Positions 1 to 9,056 of a DNA stretch of 64,000 bases are shown here, piece after piece. Origin of the DNA: Fibrobacter sp. (GTDB lineage Bacteria; Fibrobacterota; Fibrobacteria; Fibrobacterales; Fibrobacteraceae); the NCBI GenBank assembly GCA_045598645.1, contig JAZLMK010000082.1, positions 18,159-82,158 of the forward strand. Reading direction: 5' to 3'. Below the pieces are notes generated by a model. The model made no database searches and was not told the DNA's origin. It saw only the letters and a program-made list of their open reading frames with translations. Each line of letters opens with the position of its first letter. Positions within the stretch are counted from its first letter, which is position 1. The position numbers and the translations under genes were made by a program.

Positions 1-244
1 GTCCAAAGAAACTTCCCTTGGAGAGAGCCCATGCAAGTGTAAGAGCGAAGGACGACGCAAACGAAAGGTAGCGCATATCCGGACCCTGGTACATCTTGCG
101 CACCATGCCCGCCCATTCCCAGGCGCCAACACCCGCCAAGAAGCACATCAACCCAATTCGGCTATAATCGCAGAACCAGAGCAAGAAGAATACGAGCGGA
201 ATCGCAATAACGGCAGTAAGCAAACGCTGGGCCAAATTACTCAT
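1..244 (-). CDS. cdsA: Phosphatidate cytidylyltransferase, 5' part (runs off the window edge)
   Basis: ATG at 244 overlaps the uppS stop (ATGA). It reads MSNLAQRLLTAVIAIPLVF..., is hydrophobic, and lies in the canonical position after uppS. Confidence 0.8.
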   Translation of the reverse strand, partial: MSNLAQRLLTAVIAIPLVFFLLWFCDYSRIGLMCFLAGVGAWEWAGMVRKMYQGPDMRYLSFASSFALTLAWALSKGSFFG

Positions 245-948
245 GACAGCACCTTCCCGAAGCGGCGTTCGCGAGTATTGAAAAACTCCACCGCCTTCAT
301 GAATTCCTCTTTAGTAAAGTCCGGCCATAACGTATCGGTTACGTAGAATTCGCTATAGGCGGCCTGCCAAAGAAGATAGTTGGAAAGCCTGAATTCGCCA
401 CCGGTACGAATAATCAAATCCGGATCGGGAGCACCTTTCAGGTAAAGGTTTTTTGCGAACAAAGTTTCATCAATATCGTCGATGGAAATCTTGCCGGCAG
501 CGACATCTTTCGCAATGGACTTCACGGCGTCCACGATTTCCAAGCGGCCACCATAAGATATCGCCAAGTTCAATTGCATTCCGGTGTTGTTCGCCGTAAT
601 ATCGATTGCGGACTGGAGGCTCGCCCTCGGCTTTTCCGGGAGTCGGCTCATGTCGCCAATGACAATCAACTTCACGTTCTTTTCCATGAGGTCCGGAATT
701 TCCTTCACGACCATCTCAATAAGAAGGTTCATCAAGTAATCCACTTCCTTGGACGGGCGGCCCCAGTTCTCGCTGCTGAAAACATAGAGCGTCATATGTT
801 CCAACTTCAGGTTCACGCCCACTTCCACGGCATCGATGGTAGATTCGGTCCCCTTGCGGTGACCGAGAAAACGTTCCATACCGCGACTGCGGGCCCAGCG
901 CCCGTTGCCGTCCATGATGATTGCAACGTGTCTAAGTTGATTCGCCAC
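241..948 (-). CDS. uppS: Undecaprenyl/isoprenyl diphosphate synthase
   Basis: HVAIIMDGNGRWA, FSSENW, RTGGEFRLSNYLLWQ and RERRFG motifs; synteny. Confidence 0.97.
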   Translation of the reverse strand: MANQLRHVAIIMDGNGRWARSRGMERFLGHRKGTESTIDAVEVGVNLKLEHMTLYVFSSENWGRPSKEVDYLMNLLIEMVVKEIPDLMEKNVKLIVIGDMSRLPEKPRASLQSAIDITANNTGMQLNLAISYGGRLEIVDAVKSIAKDVAAGKISIDDIDETLFAKNLYLKGAPDPDLIIRTGGEFRLSNYLLWQAAYSEFYVTDTLWPDFTKEEFMKAVEFFNTRERRFGKVLS

Positions 949-959
949 GTATACTCCGA

Positions 960-1493
960 TTAGACCTTCAGCAGGTCGGCTTCCTTCTCGGCGAGAATGG
1001 CGTCGACCTTCGCAATGTACTTGTCGGTAGCCTTCTGGATTTCGTCCTGCATCTTCTTGACCTGGTCCTCGGGCATTTCCTTATCCTTCTTGAGGGCGTC
1101 GTTTGCATCGCGGCGAATGTTGCGAATAGCGACACGGCCTTCTTCGGCATGCTTACGAGCCACCTTGGCCAGTTCCTGACGACGTTCCTGCGTAAGGATC
1201 GGAAGCGTCACGCGGATGCAGTTGCCGTCCTTCATCGGAGTCACGCCAATGTTTGCAGCAAGAATAGCCTTGTCGATAAGGTCGACCAAAGTCTTTTCCC
1301 ACGGAGTCACCAGAAGCATACGCGGTTCCGGCACAGAAATCTTCGCCACCTGGGAAATGGGAGTCGGCGTGCCGTAGTAATCAACGCGCACATCGTTCAA
1401 GATGGCAGGTGTTGCAAGACCCGCGCGGATCTTCGAAAATTCACGTTCGGTGGCCTCGATGGCCTTTTCCATTTTTTGTTCGTAATCAGACAT
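960..1493 (-). CDS. frr: Ribosome recycling factor
   Basis: IRAGLA..VDYYGTPTPI and RVAIRNIRRDAND motifs; synteny. Confidence 0.97.
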   Translation of the reverse strand: MSDYEQKMEKAIEATEREFSKIRAGLATPAILNDVRVDYYGTPTPISQVAKISVPEPRMLLVTPWEKTLVDLIDKAILAANIGVTPMKDGNCIRVTLPILTQERRQELAKVARKHAEEGRVAIRNIRRDANDALKKDKEMPEDQVKKMQDEIQKATDKYIAKVDAILAEKEADLLKV

Positions 1494-1535
1494 GTTAGTG
1501 GTTGGTGGTTAGTGGTTGGTGGTTAGTGATTAGTG
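1494..1535. repeat. Heptamer tandem repeat (GTT[A/G]GTG)x6 abutting the frr start codon
   Basis: Reads gttagtg gttggtg gttagtg gttggtg gttagtg attagtg, followed by the hairpin GGCGGCTGCGCCGCC (1536-1550). Confidence 0.9.
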
Positions 1536-1618
1536 GGCGGCTGCGCCGCCATTATAAATCCTGTTTACTGCTTACTAATTGGTGGCTTGTGGTTGATGGT
1601 TGGTATAAATATTAGTAA

Positions 1619-2326
1619 CTAACAATGCACCAGCGTGCCGAGGTTCCCTTCGAGAACGGCCTTCTTGAGGTTCCCCTTGACCATCTGGAACACGAAAATC
1701 GGCATGTTGTTCTCCATGCAGAGTGCGACGGCGGCTGTATCCATCACCTTGAGACCGCGGGAAATGACTTCCTGGTAGGTAATGTCGTCGAAGCGCGTCG
1801 CGGTCGGGTCCTTCACGGGGTCTGCCGTGTAGATGCCGTCGACCTTTGTCGCCTTCATGATGACTTCGCACTCGCTTTCGATGGCACGGAGGGCGGCACA
1901 GCTGTCCGTCGTAAAGAACGGGTTGCCGGTACCGGCGGAGAATATCACCACGGAGCCCTTGGAGAGAAGTTCAATGGCGCGGCGGCGGTTGAAGAACTCG
2001 CAAACCGGCTCCATGCGGATGGCGCTCATCACGACGCTTTCGACACCCTGCTTGTCGAGGGCGTCTTGCATAGCAAGTCCGTTCATCACTGTGCCGAGCA
2101 TACCCATCGCATCGCCCTGGGCGCGGTTCATGCCGCCCGCACTTGCAGACACGCCGCGAATGAGGTTGCCGCCGCCAATGACCAGCGCGACACCCACGCC
2201 GCTCTTGGAAAGTTCGGCAATTTCGGAGGCCATATCCGTCAAAATCTGAGAATCGATGCCGTGGCCCATTTCGCCAGCAAGGGCTTCGCCACTGAGTTTC
2301 AAAAGAACGCGTTTAAACTTTGCCAT
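1619..2326 (-). CDS. pyrH: UMP kinase
   Basis: RVLLKLSGEAL, GGGN and GTGNPFFTTD motifs. The true start is probably MAKFKR at 2326. Confidence 0.97.
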   Translation of the reverse strand: MAKFKRVLLKLSGEALAGEMGHGIDSQILTDMASEIAELSKSGVGVALVIGGGNLIRGVSASAGGMNRAQGDAMGMLGTVMNGLAMQDALDKQGVESVVMSAIRMEPVCEFFNRRRAIELLSKGSVVIFSAGTGNPFFTTDSCAALRAIESECEVIMKATKVDGIYTADPVKDPTATRFDDITYQEVISRGLKVMDTAAVALCMENNMPIFVFQMVKGNLKKAVLEGNLGTLVHC

Positions 2327-2420
2327 AGTAAACTCCAATTGTTCAATCAAGAATAATGTAGTAAAATAGTGACTAGTGGTTAGTGATCGAGGTTTGAGGG
2401 TTGGGGGTAGAAATCGCAAC

Positions 2421-2450
2421 AAAAAAAATGGCGAGCCGAAGCCCGCCATC
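2421..2450 (-). terminator. Intrinsic terminator after tsf
   Basis: ATGGCG...CGCCAT stem with A8 on the + strand, giving a U-tract on the - strand. Confidence 0.7.
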
Positions 2451-2471
2451 TCTAGTTCTTTTAAAACTAAT

Positions 2472-3365
2472 TTAGTTGCCGCGTTCGAAGCGGATGAAGT
2501 TCACGACCTTCAAAGAAGAGAGACCGAGTTCCTTCGCCACGACCTGCTGGAGGTAATCCTTGACGGAGAGTTTCTTCGGGTTCTTTTCAGCCATGAAGAA
2601 TTCCTGGTCTTCGAGAACGATTTCCTTGAGGACCTTGGCAACACGGCCGTCGAGCTGACGTTCGACGAATTCGGGCTTGGTAGCCTTACCGGTCTGCTGG
2701 GCCTGGAGTTCGATCTGGGCGCGAGCAATTTCGCGTTCCTTTTCGATGGTTTCGGCGGGAACAGCGGCATCGTTCAGGGCGACCGGAGCAAATGCGGCTG
2801 CCTGCATAGCGATGTCCTTGGCAGCCTGCTTGAGGGCTGCTTCGTCGGCGGAACCTTCGAAAGCGAGTTGGGTGATCACACCGATCTTGCCTTTCATGTG
2901 GCTGTAAACGCCAAACACGGAGTTGTCGATCTTCTTGATTTCACCAAACTTGCGGAAGTCGATGTTTTCCTGGATCTTGACGAGAACGTCAGAGAGACGG
3001 TCAGCAATCTTCACGCCATCGACAACGGCGTTCTTCAAGTCTTCGACAGAAGCGATAGACTGAGTTTCGCAAGCCTTCACAGCCATGGCAGCGAGGGCGA
3101 CGAAGTCGTCGTTGTTGGAAACCGGTTCGGTTTCGCAAGAAAGTTCGAAGGCGCAAGCCTTGTCAGCAGACTCGATGAGGTAGATGCGGCCTTCCTTGGC
3201 GGCCTTGTCGGCACGCTTGGCGGCAACGGCAGCACCCTGCTTACGGAGCAGTTCAACAGCCTTGTCCATGTCACCATCAGTTTCGACGAGAGCCTTCTTG
3301 CACTGCATCATGCCCACGCCGGTCTTCTGGCGGAGTTCGTTTACGAGGGAAGCGGTAATCTGCAT
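2472..3365 (-). CDS. tsf: Elongation factor Ts
   Basis: ITASLVNELRQKTGVGMMQCKKAL, ELSCETEPV and FIRFERG motifs. Confidence 0.97.
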   Translation of the reverse strand: MQITASLVNELRQKTGVGMMQCKKALVETDGDMDKAVELLRKQGAAVAAKRADKAAKEGRIYLIESADKACAFELSCETEPVSNNDDFVALAAMAVKACETQSIASVEDLKNAVVDGVKIADRLSDVLVKIQENIDFRKFGEIKKIDNSVFGVYSHMKGKIGVITQLAFEGSADEAALKQAAKDIAMQAAAFAPVALNDAAVPAETIEKEREIARAQIELQAQQTGKATKPEFVERQLDGRVAKVLKEIVLEDQEFFMAEKNPKKLSVKDYLQQVVAKELGLSSLKVVNFIRFERGN

Positions 3366-3366
3366 A

Positions 3367-4110
3367 TTACTTTTCTTCCTCGCCGTTGTCGAACTTCTTC
3401 ACTTCTTCCTTGGCTTCCTTCTTGTCGGAAGCAACGCGAGCCTTGACGTTGGCGGCGATGTAGTCCACAATGAGCTTGAGGGACTTCACGGCGTCGTCGT
3501 TGGCCGGAATCGGGTAGTCCACGAGAGTCGGGTCGACGTTCGTGTCGCAGATGCCGATGATAGGAATGTGGAGGCGACGGGCTTCGGCCACGGCAATCTT
3601 TTCGTGGGCGAGGTCGGTCACGACCATGAGACCCGGAAGGTTCACCATTTCGCGGATGCCACCGAACACGTCGAGAAGCTTGGCGCGTTCACGGTTCTTG
3701 TCCAGAACTTCCTTCTTGGAAAGAGCCTGGAAAGTACCATCCTGTTCCATAGCGTCGATCTTGTCGATCTTCTTGATGGACTTGCGGACGGTCTGGAAGT
3801 TGGTGAGCATACCACCGAGCCAGCGGTTAGTCACGGAGAACTGGTTGCAAGCAGCAGCTGCATCCAGCACGCACTGACGAGCAGTCGGCTTGGTACCGAC
3901 GAAGAGCACGGTCTTGCCAGATTCAGAAATCTTGGCAGCGGCCTTGGCGGCTTCTTCGAGGAGGTCACGAGTCTTGGACAGGTTGAGAACGTAGATGCCG
4001 TTCTTTTCAGCCAAGATGTAGGGTTTCATTTTCGGGTTCCAGCGCTGAGTCTGGTGACCAAAGTGGGAGCCTGCAGCAAGCAGGTCTTCAACAGAAGGCA
4101 AATTAGCCAT
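3367..4110 (-). CDS. rpsB: 30S ribosomal protein S2
   Basis: LLAAGSHFGHQTQRWNPKM, RWLGGMLTNF and IPANDD motifs. Start MANLP at 4110 follows an AAGGA SD. Confidence 0.97.
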   Translation of the reverse strand: MANLPSVEDLLAAGSHFGHQTQRWNPKMKPYILAEKNGIYVLNLSKTRDLLEEAAKAAAKISESGKTVLFVGTKPTARQCVLDAAAACNQFSVTNRWLGGMLTNFQTVRKSIKKIDKIDAMEQDGTFQALSKKEVLDKNRERAKLLDVFGGIREMVNLPGLMVVTDLAHEKIAVAEARRLHIPIIGICDTNVDPTLVDYPIPANDDAVKSLKLIVDYIAANVKARVASDKKEAKEEVKKFDNGEEEK

Positions 4111-4258
4111 AGTATGTATCCTTTCGGTTGTGCTACCCGGATTGCAATTAAGTCGCAAAGCACAGAACGAACCAAGGGGTCAGGACCGCGCCACCGAAGC
4201 GACTCTCGCAAGCCGGTGATTGTTTATGCCCGAGTTATTTCGAGCGCGCAGAAATATA
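4111..4258 (-). promoter_or_regulatory. rpsB promoter (-10 TATATT near 4253-4258) and ~135-nt leader, possibly S2-autoregulatory
   Basis: Long GC-rich 5' UTR. rpsB leaders are known autoregulatory elements in other bacteria; the structure here was not verified. Confidence 0.4.
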
Positions 4259-4266
4259 GGAATTTA

Positions 4267-4294
4267 GACGAGAGACGAGAGACGAGAGACGAGA
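4267..4294. repeat. Heptamer tandem repeat (GACGAGA)x4 in the divergent rpsB / flavodoxin promoter region
   Basis: Read directly; two further degenerate units lie at 4321-4335. Confidence 0.9.
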
Positions 4295-4373
4295 GAATTG
4301 ATGGAATAAGCCCGCATTCCGGCGAGAGACGAGAGATTTAGACATCCCCCGTAATTTTTTCTAGATTTGGGCC

Positions 4374-5126
4374 ATGGCAAAAAAACTCCTCATCATGGTC
4401 TGCAGCCCCAAGAACGAACGCAGCGGGACCCTCATCCCCACCAAGGCGTTCGTTGAAGGCATGGAACAGAATGGCGATTTCGACACGGAATACATCTTCA
4501 TCGACAAGATGAACATCAAGCCGTGCCGCGGATGCCTCAGTTGCTGGGGCCGCGAGGACGGCAGTTGCTGGATGAAGGACGACGACGTCCCGATGATCCG
4601 CGAGAAGCTCATCAACGCGGACTTCGTGATATGGAGTTTCCCGCTGTACCTGTTCAGCATCCCCGGCCAGATGAAATGCCTGATGGACAGAATCGTCGGC
4701 ATGGTGCACCCCTACATGGGTCAGCGTCTGGAAAACGGTGCCACCGCCATGAACAGCCACCTGCACGGGCTGCAGCACCAGAAACCGGGGCAAAAAATTC
4801 TCCTGCTTTCGAGTTGCGCCTGGATGGACCTTGACGTCGTGTACGAGCCCATCCGCAAGCAGTTCAACATCATCCTGGGCGCCGACGGCTACCAGCTGGT
4901 GGCATGCCCGCAGATGCGCGCACTCGACCACCGCGGAGGCAAGCGCCGTCTGGAGATGCTCCGCGAAAAGTACAGAATCGGCGGCGCGGAATACGCAAAG
5001 AATGGCGGAGTTCTTTCTCAAGAAACGATAGACCTGTTGCAAAAGCCGATATTCAGCGATGCTGCCTACGAGACGCTCGTCGTCGAGTTCGTGACGCACA
5101 TGTTCGACAGGCCGGACAACTTCTAG
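4374..5126 (+). CDS. Flavodoxin-family / NADPH-dependent FMN reductase (iron-sulfur flavoprotein-like)
   Basis: CSPK..SGT, IKPCRGCLSCW...C..KDD and FPLY....PGQMKCLMDR motifs. Confidence 0.85.
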   Translation: MAKKLLIMVCSPKNERSGTLIPTKAFVEGMEQNGDFDTEYIFIDKMNIKPCRGCLSCWGREDGSCWMKDDDVPMIREKLINADFVIWSFPLYLFSIPGQMKCLMDRIVGMVHPYMGQRLENGATAMNSHLHGLQHQKPGQKILLLSSCAWMDLDVVYEPIRKQFNIILGADGYQLVACPQMRALDHRGGKRRLEMLREKYRIGGAEYAKNGGVLSQETIDLLQKPIFSDAAYETLVVEFVTHMFDRPDNF

Positions 5127-5151
5127 CCCGTACCCGGCATTTCAAAAAAGT

Positions 5152-5179
5152 AAAACTCCCGTCCATGGCGGGAGTTTTT
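5152..5179 (+). terminator. Intrinsic (bidirectional) terminator
   Basis: AAAACTCCCG-tccatgg-CGGGAGTTTTT. Confidence 0.8.
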
Positions 5180-5357
5180 GATTCATTGAGAGAAACGCCT
5201 AAACAAAAAAAAGAAGCCCCCGTACCCGGGAGCTTCCTGAAAAGCTTTCGTCTGTCTCATTATCGGCCAAGTGTTTCACGTTTTCCGATTTTTTCCGCAA
5301 ATCACACAAATAATTGCCTTTTTTCGCAAATTTTACATTTTTCGTTTCATAAAACTA

Positions 5358-5386
5358 TTGACTTTTTCAAAAAACGATATTACATT
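5358..5386 (+). promoter_or_regulatory. Sigma70-type promoter TTGACT-N17-TACATT
   Basis: -35 at 5358-5363 and -10 at 5381-5386, 7 nt before the ATG at 5394. Confidence 0.7.
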
Positions 5387-5393
5387 TACTGCC

Positions 5394-6230
5394 ATGAAAC
5401 CAATTTTCCAATATCAAGACTATCGCCTATACATCCTAGAGTTCTATACTGAACAGAAAGAAAAAACCGGTTTTTCTTGGCGTATTTTCGCTAAAGAAGC
5501 TGGTTACTCCTCCAGTGCCTATCTTAAATTGGTTTGCGATGGAAAAACCCGACTTACCGCAAAAGGTGCAGAGAAAACCGCAGCAGCAATGAAACTCGGG
5601 AATTTTGAAAAGCAATACTTTATGTTAATGGTCGAATATGGGAACGCAAAAATCTTTGAAAAGCGAAAAAAAGCCTTTGAAGAAATGATTGCACTAGGAA
5701 AAGCCCAAAAGACAAGCATCATGGGAGGCGATTTCTATACCTACTTTGAATCCTGGAAAAATCCGGTAATCAGAGAACTGGCACCCGCTTTGCCACACGC
5801 AAAGCCCTCAGAAATCGCCGACCTTTGCCTACCGGAAATAAGCGCCGCTCAAGTATCAGAAACCCTAGATTTTCTGACAAAACGAGGTTTACTTGATAAG
5901 GACAAAGACGGTCTGTACCACCAAACCGACAAATCCGTTTCCACAGGCCCCATGGACGTCGTCCCCGAAGCAGTTTGCGCCATGCACAGGCAAATGGGAG
6001 ACTTCGCCATGAAAGCTCTAGAGGAACTGCCCATATCTGAGCGGAACTTCAGTGGAATGACTATGGGCATCTCCAAAAAAAATTATGCTCGATACCTAGC
6101 CGAGATCACAAACTTTAGGCGCCGCATCGCAGCAATTATTGCGGAAGACTCGGAAACCGAGCAAGTTTATCGATTAAACTTGCAATTTTTCCCGCTGACA
6201 AAGAATATCAAAGAAACATTCAAAAAATAA
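5394..6230 (+). CDS. TIGR02147-family protein (Fibrobacter paralog family, N-terminal HTH-like)
   Basis: MKPIFQYQDYR..FSWRIFAKEAGYSS, YFESWKNPVIRELA, ERNFSGMTMG and VYRLNLQFFPL match the family pattern I recognise. Confidence 0.85.
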   Translation: MKPIFQYQDYRLYILEFYTEQKEKTGFSWRIFAKEAGYSSSAYLKLVCDGKTRLTAKGAEKTAAAMKLGNFEKQYFMLMVEYGNAKIFEKRKKAFEEMIALGKAQKTSIMGGDFYTYFESWKNPVIRELAPALPHAKPSEIADLCLPEISAAQVSETLDFLTKRGLLDKDKDGLYHQTDKSVSTGPMDVVPEAVCAMHRQMGDFAMKALEELPISERNFSGMTMGISKKNYARYLAEITNFRRRIAAIIAEDSETEQVYRLNLQFFPLTKNIKETFKK

Positions 6231-6249
6231 AGCAACATAAGGAGGATGG

Positions 6250-8706
6250 ATGAAGACATCTACCAAGGCATCAATCTTTGCAACCTTTATACTATTGCTA
6301 AGTGCATGCTCATCAGACAAAACAAGCGTAGACATCGCTGACAACGGCTATACCGAAGAACAAGGTTTCGCATTCAACGATTTGCAGGGCGTTTGCGAAA
6401 AGGGGCCTTTCCTAAAGGGATCCGAAGTCATCATGTACGAACTTGATTCCGCCACTTTCCAAAAAACAGGCAAAACCTTTGAAACCGAAGTCTACGATAA
6501 CAGAGGTCGATTCACCTTCTCGGGAGATACCGTAAAATACCCCATAGTACTTCTGGAAGCCTCGGGATACTACACGGACGATATCACAGGAGAAAAGTCC
6601 AAGCATTCCGCAACCCTGTACGCCCTAGTCAATCTGGCAAAAACAGATACCGTGTACATGAACGTTCTTACCCTTGTGGAATACAACCGCATCAATTATT
6701 TGATGGAAGCCGATTCTATAAGTTATGCCGAAGCTAGGAAACAGGCAAGCAAAGAAATCAGCACCGCTTTCAGCAGCGAGGACGCTCCCCAAATCATTGA
6801 AAACAAATCCATGTTCGGAAGTTCCGATGAAAACGCCTACATATTCGCCACAAATGTCATAATTCAAACAGCCGCCAAGGACGGCGATATCAACAAAGTT
6901 CTTCAAAAGATTAGCGAAGACATAGAAGAAGATGGCTCTCTGGAAAACATTGATTTACAAAAAATATTCCAAGACCAAGCCGATTCCATGGATCTCGAAG
7001 TCATCCGAAAGAATTTTGAAAAACTGGATGTGGACACTATCCCCGAATTTGAAAAATATCTGTGCACCTTTGCCGGTGACCGAGCTACGGAAATCAATGG
7101 TTGCAAAGACGTTGATGAAGATGATAGAAATAAGGATTCTCTAGACACTAATCCAGGTTCCAAGGACAGCGCAGATGTGGACAAAGACACTCTAGATAAG
7201 GACGTCCCTCAAAAAGACATCTCCAGTAGCAGCGGCTCTCTAACAACTACAGAAATCGACTGCAATAAGTACAACAAAGCCAGTTGGGCCTACCTAAATC
7301 CCTCGATTAAATACGGTTGCATTCTAGATAATCGTGACGGACAGGTATACAAAACTGTAGTCATCGGAAAACAGACCTGGATGGCCGAAAATTTGAACTT
7401 CGACCCTGGCCAAGGGGGTTCAAAAGACAACCCCTATGATTGGTCCTGGTGCTACGACGACAAAACCGAGAATTGCGAAACCTACGGACGTCTTTACACC
7501 AGGGGTGCCGCCATGGATTCCATTAACCAAGGTGGTTACGGATACGCACACGCCATTGATTTGGAAAACAATCATCGCGGAGCATGTCCTGCAGGCTGGC
7601 ACATTCCCACTTCAACTGAAGTTTCCACCCTAAAAACCTATGTTACAGAATTGGCAGAAGATGTTGATGCGGGCGTCTCGCTGAAAAGCAAGAAGGGGTG
7701 GGACGACGACGCAAATGGATCCGACATAGTAGGATTCTCTGCGCTCCCGGCTGGCTACAAAACAAAAGACGGCTTCTCAAGTAAGGGTAACTTTACCGTC
7801 TGGAGATATCACACCTCCAATACCACCAATATTTATCGCATAGATAACCGACTAACCACAGATGCTGACAGAGGAGACGTTTCACACGCCTACTCCATCC
7901 GCTGCATCAAGAACGACACCACCCAAACAGCAGAAAGTTATTCCAGCATAGAAGAAAAAACAGAAGTCAACTCCTCTTCCAGTTCTTTTGAAACCGAAAG
8001 TTCTTCAAATTCAACGGCATCCCAATCCACCGCGGAAGTAGACTGCTCCAAATATGAAAAATCCAATTGGGACTACTTGAATCCCGACATTGAGTACGGC
8101 TGCATTCTAGACAGTCGAGACGGCCAAGTATACAAGACAGTGGTTATTGGCGAACAGACCTGGATGGCAGAAAACATGAACTATAACCCCGGTTACGGCG
8201 GTCCTGAATTTGAGCCCTATGTTTGGTCTTGGTGCTACGACAACGATCCGAAGAACTGCGAAACCTACGGTCGACTCTACACCAGGGGTGCCGCCATGGA
8301 TTCCATTAACCAAGGTGGTTACGGATACGCACACGCCATTGATTTGGAAAACAATCATCGCGGTGTTTGCCCCGAAGGCTGGCACATTCCCACTTCAACT
8401 GAAGTTTCCACCCTAACAACTTATGTTAAAGAATTGGCAGAAGATGTTGATGCAGGCGTCTCGCTGAAAAGCAAGAAGGGGTGGGACGACGACGCAAACG
8501 GATCCGATATAGCAGGATTCGCAGCACTCCCGGCCGGCTTTAAAACAAAAGACGGCTTCTTAAGCAAAGGTAATTTTACCGTCTGGAGATATCACACCTC
8601 CAATATCACCAACATTTATCGCATAGATAACCGACTAACCACAGATGCTGACAGAGGAGACGCTTCCCACGCCTACTCCATCCGCTGCATCAAGAACAAA
8701 AATTAA
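6250..8706 (+). CDS. Lipoprotein with two tandem FISUMP (Fib_succ_major) domains
   Basis: Lipobox LLLSAC and GVCEKGPFLKGS; two copies of D.RDGQVYKTVVIG.QTWMAEN..YGRLY..CP.GWHIP..YSIRCIK. Confidence 0.9.
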   Translation: MKTSTKASIFATFILLLSACSSDKTSVDIADNGYTEEQGFAFNDLQGVCEKGPFLKGSEVIMYELDSATFQKTGKTFETEVYDNRGRFTFSGDTVKYPIVLLEASGYYTDDITGEKSKHSATLYALVNLAKTDTVYMNVLTLVEYNRINYLMEADSISYAEARKQASKEISTAFSSEDAPQIIENKSMFGSSDENAYIFATNVIIQTAAKDGDINKVLQKISEDIEEDGSLENIDLQKIFQDQADSMDLEVIRKNFEKLDVDTIPEFEKYLCTFAGDRATEINGCKDVDEDDRNKDSLDTNPGSKDSADVDKDTLDKDVPQKDISSSSGSLTTTEIDCNKYNKASWAYLNPSIKYGCILDNRDGQVYKTVVIGKQTWMAENLNFDPGQGGSKDNPYDWSWCYDDKTENCETYGRLYTRGAAMDSINQGGYGYAHAIDLENNHRGACPAGWHIPTSTEVSTLKTYVTELAEDVDAGVSLKSKKGWDDDANGSDIVGFSALPAGYKTKDGFSSKGNFTVWRYHTSNTTNIYRIDNRLTTDADRGDVSHAYSIRCIKNDTTQTAESYSSIEEKTEVNSSSSSFETESSSNSTASQSTAEVDCSKYEKSNWDYLNPDIEYGCILDSRDGQVYKTVVIGEQTWMAENMNYNPGYGGPEFEPYVWSWCYDNDPKNCETYGRLYTRGAAMDSINQGGYGYAHAIDLENNHRGVCPEGWHIPTSTEVSTLTTYVKELAEDVDAGVSLKSKKGWDDDANGSDIAGFAALPAGFKTKDGFLSKGNFTVWRYHTSNITNIYRIDNRLTTDADRGDASHAYSIRCIKNKN
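7249..8697 (+). repeat. Intragenic direct repeat of the FISUMP domain (offset 783 bp)
   Basis: 7495-7580 is identical to 8278-8363, and the rest of the 3' halves are near-identical. Confidence 0.9.
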
Positions 8707-8727
8707 TTCAAAAGCATCCCGAACAAC

Positions 8728-8762
8728 AAGTCGCTGATTTCAATACGAACCAGCGACTTTTC
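8728..8762 (+). terminator. Intrinsic terminator
   Basis: AAGTCGCTG...CAGCGACTT followed by T residues. Confidence 0.7.
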
Positions 8763-9056
8763 TGTGTATCAAAGGGATTGTTTCGAATCCATAAAACACC
8801 TGCAGGTGACCTATATTTACGTGAGATGAAGCCAAAATAATTTATGAAAAAGTTTTCTTGTTCAAGAAATCATTGCCCAAATAGAGCGAAAAGTTTGTTT
8901 TAGGCCATAAAGTACCGTTTTTATGGCCAGTTGGGTCAAAATCAATTTTAATTTTGAGCAAACAAACTAATTTTTTATGGTCTAATTAAGCGAATAAAGG
9001 CTGTTTAAGCTATAATATGCTTCAAAACAATCGATTTCATGACCGCCACAAAGCTT

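Noticed and set aside
5127-5229. 11-bp direct repeat CCCGTACCCGG (5127, 5219) as a target-site duplication
   Set aside because: Only ~80 bp containing a terminator lies between the copies; no transposase or terminal inverted repeats.
7249-8697. Diversity-generating retroelement TR/VR pair in the FISUMP gene
   Set aside because: Differences are not adenine-specific (many C/T third-position changes), both copies are in-frame domains, and no reverse transcriptase is present.
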